A stretch of 64,000 bases of DNA, taken from contig QPMI01000493.1 of the NCBI GenBank assembly GCA_004431415.1, positions 1-64,000 on the forward strand, in the 5' to 3' direction. Below the pieces are notes generated by a model, which had not been told where the DNA came from, did no database searches, and was given only the letters and a program-made list of their open reading frames with translations. The stretch is from Cyanophora paradoxa CCMP329 (Eukaryota > Plantae > Glaucophyta). A program made the translations under genes and the position numbers. Shown one piece after another: positions 11,701 to 23,989 of the stretch. Positions within the stretch are counted from its first letter, which is position 1. Each line of letters opens with the position of its first letter.

Positions 11701-14700
11701 TTTTTCCCAAACACATCGGTTGCTGGGACATGCCCCGCTTTGCTCGTGTCGGGCATCTGTGGAGCGCGCGCTGTCGCACACGTGATCGCAATGTTCACGT
11801 GGGAAGTCGACCCGTCACGCTTTGTAGATGCGCCCGTCGGCGTGCGGAGCTTCAACCCTCCTTCCCTGCTCCGTCCACATACCGCACGGCCGTCTTCACG
11901 CACACGGCACCGCGGGTCCTCCGCTCCGAGCAGCTCGCGCTTGCAGACCACTGGATTGTGCTCACTTGCTTTAGACGTGTTTGCGTATGGTCATTCATTA
12001 ACGTCTCAAGCAGGTTCAAAACGAGCGCCCGCTTCATGCTGGATACGGCCACGGGTATCTCGAGGGCCGCTGGGTCGACCCGCCCAACTCAAAGTACAGC
12101 TTCTGGTCACCGGCGATCGTGTCACTCGCGTCCGCAAGGCGAACGCCTTCCAGAGCGGGATGGCCGGCCCGGCAGCAAACATCGACGGCAGTGTTCAGAT
12201 ATACAAGACCGCGGACTGGCGTGGCACAAGGCATGAGTGGACTTCGGTATGCGTGTCGCCCTGTCGCTGTGCTTTGCAAGCTGTCATGATCAGCCGATGA
12301 GCTGAAATACACAACCTTGCAGGTGGCGGCCGCTGTATACAAGGACGGCAATTTGTAGTGCGTGTTCTGCCCGCTGCATGCTTTGCGACTCGTAAAATCT
12401 AAGGAGCTCTTCGCCGCAGCGTTGTGCAGGAGGTTCACACGCAGGCGAACACGCGTGTCTTCACGTTCGCGTCGGACCGCAAGACGCGGCCGCAATATGT
12501 GCACAGCCGCCGCATGAAGCGGGCCGCCGAGCGAGCTCCCGGCTCCCGGCTCATCCGCCTTGAGAACGTGGACGCCAGTGGGCCATTCAGCAATGCGACT
12601 CACACAAATGTGAAAGTGACCACGATCGTGTCAAACTTCCCGGTTCGCGGCATCTCCCCGGCCCGCCTCGATCGCGACTGACGTTTCATTCAGGCGAACG
12701 TGTTGTACGCAACAGTTGTCGACGACTACTCCAGCGGCCTGATGTTCGAGAACGATCCAAGCGTCCCTTTTTCTGAACTCCCTTGGGTGCGGCCTATGAT
12801 CCGTGTTCCAACAACATTTTCGCGAATTATTAAGACTGATTCGGTGGCCAGGTGGTATTCATCATTTCTGAGCCGGCATGCGCTATTAAGCTGCACTCGC
12901 GCTGCAAACCTGGAACCAGGTGGAACTGGGAGGTGAGGGATTGTCCGTGCTACAGGGCTGGCTCAGGTTGCCTGATTCTCTGCCAGGCTGCCCTCTTCAA
13001 CCGCTCTGTCGCTATCGCCGATCTCTGCGTCGACTTGCCTGCCGGTGCTTTAGTTTGACTAAAATGGCCCTTGTCTTGCCTTGCACGCTGCGACTCAGGT
13101 TTTGCTTGCTTCAGGACGCTACTCGCCGCGAGAAGGCCTCTTACTCGACGAAGATGCCGAGCCGTGCGTGCCGACTCCTCCGCCCAGACTGTGGCTCGCT
13201 CTTCAGCCTCGCGCTAATTCTGGTTTCTGCGACAGCTGTCCGAGTGGAACATTCAGCGGGGCGGGGCCACTGAATGCACCACGTGCAGCGCTGGAACGTC
13301 TTCGACCTCGGCGCTTCGGCTTGCTACGGTGCTCAGCCTCCAGTAGTGCATCGAACTTGCATCCCGATTGTTGCGCTCAACCGCTCTCGGCAGACTGCCC
13401 GCAGCACACTTTCGCAATGAAAGCGGGCGACCCATGCACGCCTTGCGCTGAGAATCTTTTCACCCCTCTGTACGTTTTATGTGAATCGGCATCTCATTCA
13501 TGAATTCGTCTTACTGATCCGCTATCCTCTATTAGGCCAAATGGACGTTCCAGTGTGTGCCGTGGTTCGTGTTTTATAAATTATGTACTGCTGGTCCTGT
13601 CTGTAATTCTGACAGCCATTTGTCCTTCAGCTTTCCCGGCACATATCTCCAGAGAGTGCCTCTCGCGTGCGTGCAGTGTTCGTCGAACAAGTACAGCATG
13701 GGCGGCGCGCTCGATTCGTGCTCGAGCTGTGCGTCTTCTCTCTGATGTGCACATCATGTGATTGCGCTTGGCGGCTTAGTGCATACGCATCCCAGGCTCG
13801 AACGGGTCGTACCCCACGCCAGACTTGACCGACTGCGCGCCATGGTGAGTCTTTCTTCAAGTTCGATGGCCTCTACTCACGGCCGTACACGCGCAGTGCG
13901 GCGGGGGCACACCAGCCCGAGGAGCTTCAGCCGTGCGAGGCTTGTCCCCCCGGCACTTGGGCTGAGGCGGAGCATTTTGGTCCCTGCAATACTTGCCCAC
14001 CGGTAGTCGCATATTTCTTTGCTTGCATAGAAATCAAAACGCTCACCCGTGGGCAGGGACAAGTCACGACGGACAAGCAAGACGGATGCACATGGTGCCG
14101 CCCGGGTTTCGGCGCTCCGCCGAACGAGACCGTCTGTTTGTCGTGCGATGAAGGTTAGCGCCTTATATGTGCATGATGGAAGTCATGTCTTCTTCTAACG
14201 TATGGTTGTTCTGATAGATTACGCATCCCCGGATGGGAAGGGCTGCAAAAAGTGCGGCCTGGCTACGTCTCACAGCCTGATAGAAAGGTGCTTTCCCCAT
14301 TTTCGAAACCAGTATTTGCCCTAACCGAAGTTATCGCTCATCGTGAATATTTCTGCAGGCCTGTTTACCATGCCGTGGCGGTACTGCGGAATACGGGCGC
14401 CCTGGGAGTGCCTTCCGTGCGCGCAGAACGAGGTCGCCCCTTTCGAGGCGTCTTCAAACTGCACGGCTTGCCCGGACGGAAAGTACGCATCAGCGGACCA
14501 GCGACTGTGCTTCGACTGCCCAGCTGGTTAGCGTGTTGTTATCTGGGATTGCACTGCGGCATGCGTGTAATTAATTTCCTGTGCGATTCTGTCAGGCACG
14601 TACCGACATGGGCAATGGCGAATTGCGAGGCTGTGCCCTTCCGGGCGGTTGCACTCGTCGGTTCTTCTAACTTCACGGCCTGCCTACCTGGCTTTGTTCC

Positions 14701-17700
14701 TGATGGCACGAAAGCCACGTGCACGCCATGCCGAGGCGGTGAGCGAATACGCAATCCTTGCACGCACGTTTGTTTACAACAATGGGCTGTACGCAGGCTC
14801 CTACCAGAGCGGCGATGACTGCTACCCGTGCCCGTTGAATACCATAGCTCCATCGGCTGGGACAGTCGATTGCAATCCGTGCGCGGCAGGCTACGTCGCC
14901 TCAGCCGACGCGCAGACCTGCGAGCCGTGCCCAATGGGACGTGGCGAAACGCAAGTATGACCGTCTGCACCCCGTCCCAAAGCGCGCCGCAGCCATGCAG
15001 GGGTCGTCGGCGTACACCGTGTGCGCAAGCGGGCACGTCCCGGATGGGACCAAGGCGACCTGCGTCCCTTGCCCGGCAGGCGAGCAGACATTCGTTCATT
15101 TCAACATCGATCTCCCTCGAACGTGTCGTAATGCGTGCTGCAGGCCAGTTCCAGCTCGAGGACAGCTGCCTGCAGTGCCCGCTGAACTCCATTGTGAGCA
15201 CCATTGGCGCAGCCTGGTGCTCACCATGTGCGCCGGGCTACGCTGCTTCAGCCGACCAGCAGTCCTGCGAGCCGTGCCCATTTGGCACCTACCGCGCTGC
15301 GGACATGTCCCAATGCACCCCCGTTCCGGCTCGCGCCGCCGCTATGCAGGGCTCCGCGGTCTACGAAGTGTGCAGCAGCGGGAAAGTGCCATCAACGATC
15401 CGGTCGGACTGTGTGGAATGCCGCGCGGGGAGCTACCAGCTCGAGGACCAGTGCCTGCCCTGCCCGCCGAATACGATCACGTCCGATCCCGGGAAGGACA
15501 CGTGCGAGACGTGCCCGGAGGGCTACGAGGCCGCGGCGGACAGCCAGAGCTGCACACGTGCGCTGCTGCAGTGCTTACTCTGCGCGGGTGATGGGAGCTT
15601 ACTGACGGGGATTGCATGCAGCGTGCATGGCGGGATACTTCAGGCACGCCCCGATGGTGGCGTGCCAGCGAGTGCCGGTGGGTCAGTGGCCCAGCCGCGT
15701 CGAGGAACTACACGGTCTGCGCGAGGGCACCGTCCCGAGCGACGACCTCGCGACATGCCTCCCGTGCCCGCGGGCACGTACGAGAGGGACTGGCGTTGCC
15801 GCGACTGCATTGGCGCGTGCTCTTTCAATTTGTTTTCTGGATCCGCACCATCATGGCATGTTGCTTGACACTCGCAAATGCTTGATCCTTCCAGGCAATT
15901 CAATCGCGCCCAACCTGACGATGACGAGCTGCATCGATTGGTTCGCCCACTGCTGACAAGCATCACGTGACGTTTCGCAGCTTTTGTTCACGCGTCTCAC
16001 GCGCACAGTGAGCCTGGAACAGTTGCGGATGCGACGCACCAGCAGTGTGCAGCATGGTTCGTAACTCTGTACACAATTTCCATGGCTGTGTACTATTCAA
16101 GCGTCGATTTGCACAGCGCGCCAGGATACTACCAACCCGACCGGAGTAGTGTTTGCAAACGTTGCCCCGCCGCGCTCTTCTCCGAACAAAAGCAGTTCGG
16201 AGAATGCAAAGAGTGCCCAGCGGTACGCAAGCGCGCAAGTGCTTCACGGCCAATGCAGATTTAGATCCGACTCCTATTATTGCTTTCGATACATGACTTA
16301 GGCCTTCTGTTACAGGGCCAGGTTCCTAACGAGAAGCATGACGGGTGCACATGGTGCAGGTGAGAGGCCTTCGGCAAAGCTATCCGCTCATGCACCAAAA
16401 AGCATGTTTCCTCAGGCCTGGATATGGAAGGCCTGCCAATGCACGCATCTGCCTCGTTTGCGAGAATGGTATTCCACGATCCCATCCAGCTTTTCTAGAT
16501 TTCGTCTCGAACCCCTTATCATCATGACTATATCGCCGATACGCTCTCTTATACACGGTGATCACCCCAGACCATGCGTCGCCTGACGGCACTGGCTGCA
16601 AAAAATGTGAGCCTGGCTTTGTGTCGCCGCCGGATCGTCTGGTACATTGCCCCTCCCAGAGGCCCGCTTCACTGGAATGACGTCGGAGCAGGCGTGCGTG
16701 CCTTGCCGCGGCGGGACCGCGGAGTCTCAGGGGGCGGGCGAGTGCATCCCGTGTGCACAGAATGAAGTCGCAGCATTCGAAGGCGCAACTAATTGCACGG
16801 CGTGCCCGGACGGCGAGTACGCATCAGTGGACCAGCGACTGTGCTTCAAATGCCCTGTCGGTGAGCGTGCCGGCTCGCATGCGAGTTTCGCGCGCTGGAC
16901 TGCATTCGTAAGTTTTCCTTTCCAACGCCGCGATGCGAATCAGCCACTTATCGGCATGGCTCAATGCCTGTCTGCAACCGTGCACCTTTGCGAGCGGTGG
17001 CTCTCGAGGGTTCTGCCAACTACACTATCTGCGATCCCGGATTCGTTCCTGATGGCACCAAGGCTTCCTGCATAGCCTGCCCGCCGGTGCACTTTTCAAA
17101 TCTGTTGAAAGAACTGGGCTCAAATAGACGTCCCGTTAAAATCGCCTTGCACAGGATTGCGGCAGGTTGGCGATGAGTGCCTGCCCTGCACGATCAACCA
17201 CATCGCATCGGCGCCCGGATCGTTTGTCTGCATCCCTTGCAGCCCAGGCACGATCGCTTCGGCAGACACGCAGACCTGCGAGCCGTGCCCCGTGGGGACT
17301 TGGCGGAACGCAAGTATGACCGTCTGCACCCCGTCCCAAAGCGCGCCGCAGCCATGCAGGGGTCGTCGGCGTACACCGCGTGCGCAAGCGGGCACGTCCC
17401 GGATGGGATCAAGGCGACCTGCGTCCCGTGCCCTGCAGGCGCGATGACAGCTGTTTTATTGCCTCACACACGGAACCGCTATTGTTTACGCGTGCTGCAG
17501 GCCAGTTCCAGCTCGAGGACAGCTGCCTGCAGTGCCCGCTGAACTCCATCGTGAGCACCATTGGCGCAGCCTGGTGCTCACCATGTGCGCCGGGCTACGC
17601 TGCTTCAGCCGACCAGCAGTCCTGCGAGCCGTGCCCATTTGGCACCTACCGCGCCGCGGACATGTCCCAATGCACCCCCGTTCCGGCTCGCGCCGCCGCT

Positions 17701-20700
17701 ATGCAGGGCTCCGCGGTCTACGAAGTGTGCAGCAGCGGGAAAGTGCCATCAACGATCCGGTCGGACTGTGTGGAATGCCGCGCGGGGAGCTACCAGCTCG
17801 AGGACCAGTGCCTGCCCTGCCCGCCGAATACGATCACGTCCGATCCCGGGAAGGACACGTGCGAGACGTGCCCGGAGGGCTACGAGGCCGCGGCGGACAG
17901 CCAGAGCTGCACACGTGCGCTGCTGCAGTGCTTACTCTGCGCGGGTGATGGGAGCTTACTGACGGGGATTGCATGCAGCGTGCATGGCGGGATACTTCAG
18001 GCACGCCCCGATGGTGGCGTGCCAGCGAGTGCCGGTGGGTCAGTGGCCCCAGCCGCGTCGAGGAACTACACGGTCTGCGCGAGGGGCACCGTCCCGAGCG
18101 ACGACCTCGCGACATGCCTCCCGTGCCCGCGGGGCACGTACGAGAGGGACTGGCGTTGCCGCGACTGCATCGGAAACACGTACGCCCCTCTTCTGGGAAT
18201 GGTCTCCTGTCAGGAATGGTGAGTCAAGAGACTGTTCGTCTCATTAAGCTTCGCACTGTTTCTTGTTAACGCATTTGCACAGCGAGCCCGGGTCCGTTGC
18301 GGACGAGACGCACCAGGAGTGCACGCCGTGCCCAAGCGGAACAGCGAGGTCTGCAAACAGCAGCACTTGCCTCTCTTGTTCGAATGGATATTACGCCAAC
18401 GCGCCTGGCCGTGCCGAATGCGATCTGTGGTTTGCATGCAACCTCTCCTCCTGCCTTGCCTTCGCGTGTAACAATATTTTGAACCTGTATCGCAGTCCTC
18501 CGGGGACACAGTCCGCCGAAGATCGCGTGACCTGCGTTCCGTGCCCCGCTGGCTATGTGGAGGCCAACGGCACGCGGACCTGCCGGCTCTGCGAGGAGGG
18601 AACAGTCGCAGAGGAGCGAGGACTCGTCACGTGCACGGCGTGCGGCCCTGGCGAGATCTCCAACGCCGACCGGTATGCAGCTGCAGAGATTGATTGCTTT
18701 CTAATCTCGTTTGTGACCGGCGCTCCCGCCTGCAGCACGCGCTGCAATCCGTGCCAAGCGGGCACGTTCAAGCCTCGGAACATGAACATCTGCCTGCCGT
18801 GCCGGATCGGGACCTGGGCACCAGCGGGCTCGCAGGCGTGTCGGCTCTGCGAGCCCGGCTCGTACGCCTCCGAAGATTCCAGCGAGTGCATTCCGTGCAC
18901 GCCAGGCACATTCATGCCGGAGGGCATGCAGACCTGCCTTCGAGTGCGCAGCGCTAGCGCTCTCGATTTCAGTTCCCAGTGGCATAAACTGACTTGGCGT
19001 GCTCAAGTGTCCCGAGACCTTCATCGCGCCCGATCCGGGAACGGCATTCGAGTGTAGCCCGTGCGGTGCGGGGTACACTTCGTCGGCGAACCGCCGCGTC
19101 TGCGAGCCCTGCGCGCTGGTGCGACCTCAAAAGTATCCAGCGCACAGGACTGCAAAAGAAACATCGTACTTCGTTTTGCAGGGATTCTACAGGCCGTTAG
19201 ACAGCAACAGCACTGGGTGCATTCCCTGTGGCCCTGGAACCGTCTCGCGGGCCCCAGGCAACGGCGAGTGCGAGCAGTGGTGCGTCTAATTGAGCTTTTA
19301 CGAACTTAATGAAAGCTCTCGATGAGGCCACCTCGATTTCGCTCACATCGGGAGCAGTCCGTCGGGAAAGGTGCCACGCGAAGACCGCGCGGACTGCAGG
19401 GGTGAGAAGCTGCTGTTTACAGTTCTTCCCACTTGGAAATGATCTCGACATCCGAACTTTCTATTCCAGATTGCGAGGCTGGAACGTACCCCAGCAAGAG
19501 CGTTTGCGTGTCGTGCCCCCTCTGACTACCTCGCGCGCTGGCGGTTCGCTCTTCCGATCCGCCGTTAAGCTGCTTGGACTCCACCTTGAATCTGCGGCGC
19601 AGATGCCGCTTGCACCCGCTGTGCTGCCGGATCAATCTCGGACGATAGCCGCACGCGCTGTATTCCGTGCCCGTCGTCCATGTACCTGCCCGCGAACAGC
19701 GACGTCTGCCTTCCGTGCCCCGTGAACACGATCTCGCAAGCGGGCTCCACGGGATGTATGTCGTGGTGAGTTTTGAGCCCGCTCTGCTTTCGACCGCGTT
19801 TCGCTTACAAACTGCTGCTTTGCGCAGTTTGGAGGGCACTGTGGTGGGTCACATTCCCTCTTTAAGAGTCTGTCTGCCCATTCGATGCACTGACGAGCGT
19901 CATTTATTCCCTCAGTCGGACGAGTCTCAGACGTTCTGCGAGGTGCGCTGGTGCTGCACTCGTATCCGTTTCTCCGGTGCCAACGCAGCGACGGCAGGTC
20001 TGCGCGAAAGGCACCTTCCGAAACGCGACGCTGGCCTACTGCGAACCCTGGTCCGTGCGGTTCTTTGCTTTCCAGAACACTCTAGTCGCCAAGAGAACCC
20101 GCGATCGCGCAGCCCGTCCGGCACGTTCGCGGCTGCCGCGGGGTCCACGACCTGCACGCCGTGCTCGTCGACGCAGCTGTGCCCGATCGCGACGTCGGAG
20201 CCGATCGACATTTCCGATTTCAAGAAGCTCATATCGCAGACCATCTCCGAAGCCCTCGCGGACGGCCGCGAGACAGCAGGAGCGGAGCTTGCGCAGCCAG
20301 GAGGGACCCAGCGGCGGGCCTGATGGGCACGAGAAGGCTGTTGGCTGCTGGAGACTTTATTAAGCGAATCACAAGCGAGGACAGCGAAATGACATTCATA
20401 AGCGAGAACGTGACGTGCGAAACCTCATCCTTACAAAACGAATATTAATCCTTGTGTTACAGGCCTAGATGATTAAAATTCCTCTCTCCGCGTGCAGATA
20501 CGACACAAACTCTGCCACCATCGTCCGACCGGTGAGCGCCCCAAATGCAAGTGTAATCGGTCGAATGCAGTTAATCGAATGCTATCGCGGCCGCAGGAAA
20601 TTCGAACGGAGGAGGTTGCAACCCAGCGACTTTACCTGGTGATCATGAGGAGCTCAGAGCAATTGCAAACCGCCTTCAATCGAAAAGCGGATCGATAAGT

Positions 20701-23337
20701 TGTACCGCGTGCAGATTTTCGCGGTGCTCGTAGCATGTACTGGAGTCTTGTTGATCCTAGCTGGGATCTGCCTCTATTCGTATTTGAAGGTGCGTTCGAT
20801 GCGTTTGGTTGTACGAAGCTTTACTTGAATATTAACCTACACTCCGCATAGATTCCGTTGGCTGCTCCTTCGGAGCGGAAGCTCGAGCGCAAAGAGCGCA
20901 AAAATCGTCGATTCGAGCACGTACGCTAACGCTTGTGCCTTCTCTCGAGCGCGAGTCCGCCACCAACGTCTCGGCCGACAGATCCTCAAGCTCGATCGGC
21001 TTTACACAGATCTCATCGCGGCTAAGCGCGAGGAAGTAAAAGGCGGCGCGAAGAGCGTGCCTGCAAGTGCATCTGTCAAGACGGAAGAAGAGGAAGCGGC
21101 GGAGGACGAAGAGGAGAACCAGAAGACTCGCTACGGCGTTGTCTTCACGATGATCGGCATCGGTCTCGCCGCCATCGCAGCCGGCTACGTTCTCCTGCAA
21201 TTCGTGAGCTTCGAGCTGCGCCATGTTGCAATGCGTGGGCTCTGACCGCCCGGCATTTGTGCCCAGTACATTGCGAATTTCAACATCATCCAGACGCTCC
21301 AGCCGGGGTCCTCGCCGTCGGCCGCGAGCATCGCCGGCCCTCTGAACGTCACGGCCTCCTTCGCTGGATTTGCCGGTGATTCTCGAGCTTTTGAATGCTT
21401 CGCCTTGTATTGGATTCGCAGAGCTTCTAATCATGAGCGCTCGCGCAGGTCCCTGTCAGATCGTGAAACGAGCCGGAGAGAGCTCCGGCAACGCATCGCT
21501 ATCCCGCTTTGACGGGCGCGCTGGTGTCGACGTGTTCGTTTCGGGCATCGGGCCCGTCGATGGCTCGCCTGGGCCAGTTGCTGAAACGAGCTACATCGCC
21601 GCTCGCCGTACTTGCTTGTCCGTTTACAGCTGTTCATGTATAACAATACTGCGTTTCCTCATGCGTGTGCTTAGAGTGACGTGGCGCTGCTCGAAATGCC
21701 GCCTGCTGGCGGCCAGCAACGTGACAATCGATTTCCGCCTAGTATCGCGCCTCGCGTTTGCGGTCGCCATCAACTACGCCATCCACGTTCGTCTTTGCAT
21801 GAAGCTGGGTTGTTGCGTTCCCTGATGCACGAAGCAGGTCCCGTCGAACCTCTCCATCGAGGGCGTGATCGTGCCCTCCTCGCAAGCCGAGTTCTCCGTC
21901 TTCCGCGGCACGCTCCCGGTCACCGTCCCCGTGTCTCTATTCCCGCTGCACTTCGAGGTCTGAACGTCGCGATAGCTTGTACCCGCGCCGCGGTTTGCGC
22001 GCATGCATCTGACGATGAGGCGCGCGCGTTTACAGGACGAGCGCGACGGGACGCCGCGGTACGACGCGGCCCTGCGCCCCGCCGACAACCGCGCCGCCGA
22101 GAAGGGCGCGGGATCCTTCGTGCGTCTCTCCTGATTTCCAGCCCCTTCAATCCCATCAGAATTTATCTCATGTCGTTCCGGCCTGCTCCTGCCAGACTCT
22201 CTGCTCGTTCACGAAACCGCTCTCCGACCCGGAGTGCACCGGCGAGTCGGTCGCCTTCCGCGTCCTCTTCAACATCGACAACATTTACGTCATGGCGCGC
22301 ATCGCCTTCAGCCGCTCGCGGTTCGACGGCGCGTCACTCGTGCTGACGCGCCCTGCCGCAGGTGTACCGCAAGGTGAAGGCCACTGTGGCCGACATGCTG
22401 GCAGACCTGTCGTCCCTCACGCAGACCGCCATCGCCGTGCGCGCGTGTTTTAACTGCGATGTCTTCCATCTCGCGATCGCGGCTCGTCCACGGCTGACAG
22501 AGCGGCTCGCGACAGGTCGGAGGCCAGATTGCTGTCCCATTCCTCACCGCGCGATACTTCTTCAAGGTGACGAGCGAACGCCGCGCATCCCTTTTATTGC
22601 ATGCAAATGACGCACTTCAAAGCTCCAGTCTGATGCGGAACGCAGAAGCCACGCCGCGACGTTGATGCAGGAGGCGACTCCGTCGACGGATCGATCGCAA
22701 GCGAGTCAGCGCATCCAAAGCTGCAGCCTCGGTCCCCGCAGCTGTCTCGGCTAAACCGCACGCGGCCATTGCCGACAAGAATGCGACCGGTGCCAGCGCC
22801 GCGGTGCCCACGAAAACCGAGCGTGCATCCGCACGGATGAACCGGAGGCGAAGCAACAGCTTCGGCCAAATCGAGGCTTTCATCGACATCTATGACGGAA
22901 ACGACACCCGAGAGCTCCAGGCCACCAGATCCAAGTCAGCCTATGGCCAGCGACCGTCGCCCCCGGCGTCTTTCGTGTTGGCCGTACCGGACCGGAGCGT
23001 AAGCGCCAGCGGCCGCCCGTCCCGGCCCCATACCCTCCCGCCCTTCGGATTCGGATCCCCGCTTTCCACGGCGTCGTCAACATTGGCACGCCCCGCCGTC
23101 GGCGGAGCCGGTCCCAGCAGCCGCTACGCGTACAACCTCGCGGGCGCCTCACTCCCCATCCCCAACCTCCCCGTGCGGCTCATGGATCTCTCGGGCTCGA
23201 CCTCGAGCGGGGCCGGCAGCTCCAGCTCGAGCGCTATTGCCGGCGCGGGCGCCCCGCAGCAGGCGAATGCAGGAGCAAGCAGGGCACCCCCCAAGGGCGA
23301 CGATGGCTCAGCCGCTGCGGCCGCCATCCACCTCTGA
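2742..23337 (+). CDS. Gene A: giant multi-exon membrane protein (signal peptide, 5x LamG/ConA-like, unknown region, Cys-rich repeats, 3 TM segments, low-complexity cytosolic tail); contains frameshifts
   Basis: Signal-like VPPVPLLLIVLLLRPLATSG; repeated LamG motifs (WHHVALT..ITTYLNG, DFRxYSxAL, ELHYKFDxCG..DxSGxGRxG); many CxxCPxGxY/F repeats; hydrophobic exons at 20715, ~21136 and ~22380-22567; stop at 23337 (..AAAAIHL*). Exons are bounded by GT/GC..AG. The start codon is GTG where paralogue B has ATG. Confidence 0.75.
2920..3300 (+). repeat. C-rich polypyrimidine tract after exon 1 of gene A
   Basis: Long C runs, almost no G; possibly low-quality sequence. A similar tract lies at the equivalent position of gene B. 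Confidence 0.8.
3325..9110 (+). other. Array of five LamG-like (concanavalin A-like lectin/glucanase) domains in gene A
   Basis: Five units (~3325-4270, 4480-5480, 5700-6650, 6880-7880, 8150-9110), each with variants of F.LG.P...SFW, WHH/YSH/WTH-V/L-hydrophobic strand, Y.NG and FR.YS.AL. Confidence 0.8.
13230..20200 (+). other. Cys-rich repeat stalk (ephrin-receptor-like / GCC2-GCC3 type) in gene A
   Basis: Repeats such as CSPCAPGYAASADQQSCEPCPFGTY, CETCPEGYEAAADSQSC, CNPCQAGTFKP and CLPCRIGTWAPAGSQAC. Confidence 0.85.
14911..18170 (+). repeat. Internal direct duplication in gene A: 14911-15810 and 17269-18170
   Basis: Near-identical ~900-bp blocks about 2.36 kb apart; weaker similarity also between ~14420-14740 and ~16750-17080. 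Confidence 0.95.
20715..22567 (+). other. C-terminal three-TM module of gene A
   Basis: Spliced exons give IFAVLVACTGVLLILAGICLYSYLK, a charged loop, KTRYGVVFTMIGIGLAAIAAGYVLLQFYIANFNIIQTLQP, a beta-rich loop (TCLVTWRCSKC, VFRGTLP), then VYRKVKATVADMLADLSSLTQTAIAVGGQIAVPFLTARYFFK. Confidence 0.65.
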
Positions 23338-23989
23338 ATGTAGCGTTGCATGCAGGTTTAGATAGATAGCGATATATGCATATGCATAATGTTACAATTA
23401 GTTCGAACGTTACGCCAAGGATTGGGATATAGCATGTGCGTGTGGAGTACAAGCACGACAATTGGTGTAGCGGACGATTCGTTTAGGATGGATTCCAAAA
23501 AAGAAGAGGATGCATCTGCAGGCAGCGTCAACGCGTTCGTTTCGAGTTTAGTTCACGTGTACCTTAGGATAATGAGCCTCGGATCCGGAGATGCTGCTTC
23601 GCGCACAATAATGACGCCCCTAGCCATGCATATGGCCATGGAACGTTTCTTAACCAGAGACCGCCGGCCGACTTCGCAAAATTAATCGCCCTCCAATCGC
23701 GAGGCCCCGGATCCGCCCACAACACTGCGGCAGCTGCAAATAATGAATTACTTACAATTCCTAAATCTTTACCGATACTTCTGATGTGCAATACTACGGA
23801 CGCGCAACAAGTGCCTCCGAGAAGGGGAACGTGCACTACTCGACTTGCCGAAGAAGAGGAACGCTCGCCTAGAAACGAGGCCCGGAAGCAATGATTTCTA
23901 ACTCTGATGCTCGGCGCCGCGGCGATCGCAAGGACCTGAGCTCGAGAAGAAGCGGAGGGGAGGGGGCCCGGGCGGGGCGGCGCCCCGGC

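Noticed and set aside
23430-23870. Possible small minus-strand exons between gene A and the PDE stop
   Set aside because: Splice-like sites exist but give no recognisable product or coherent gene model.
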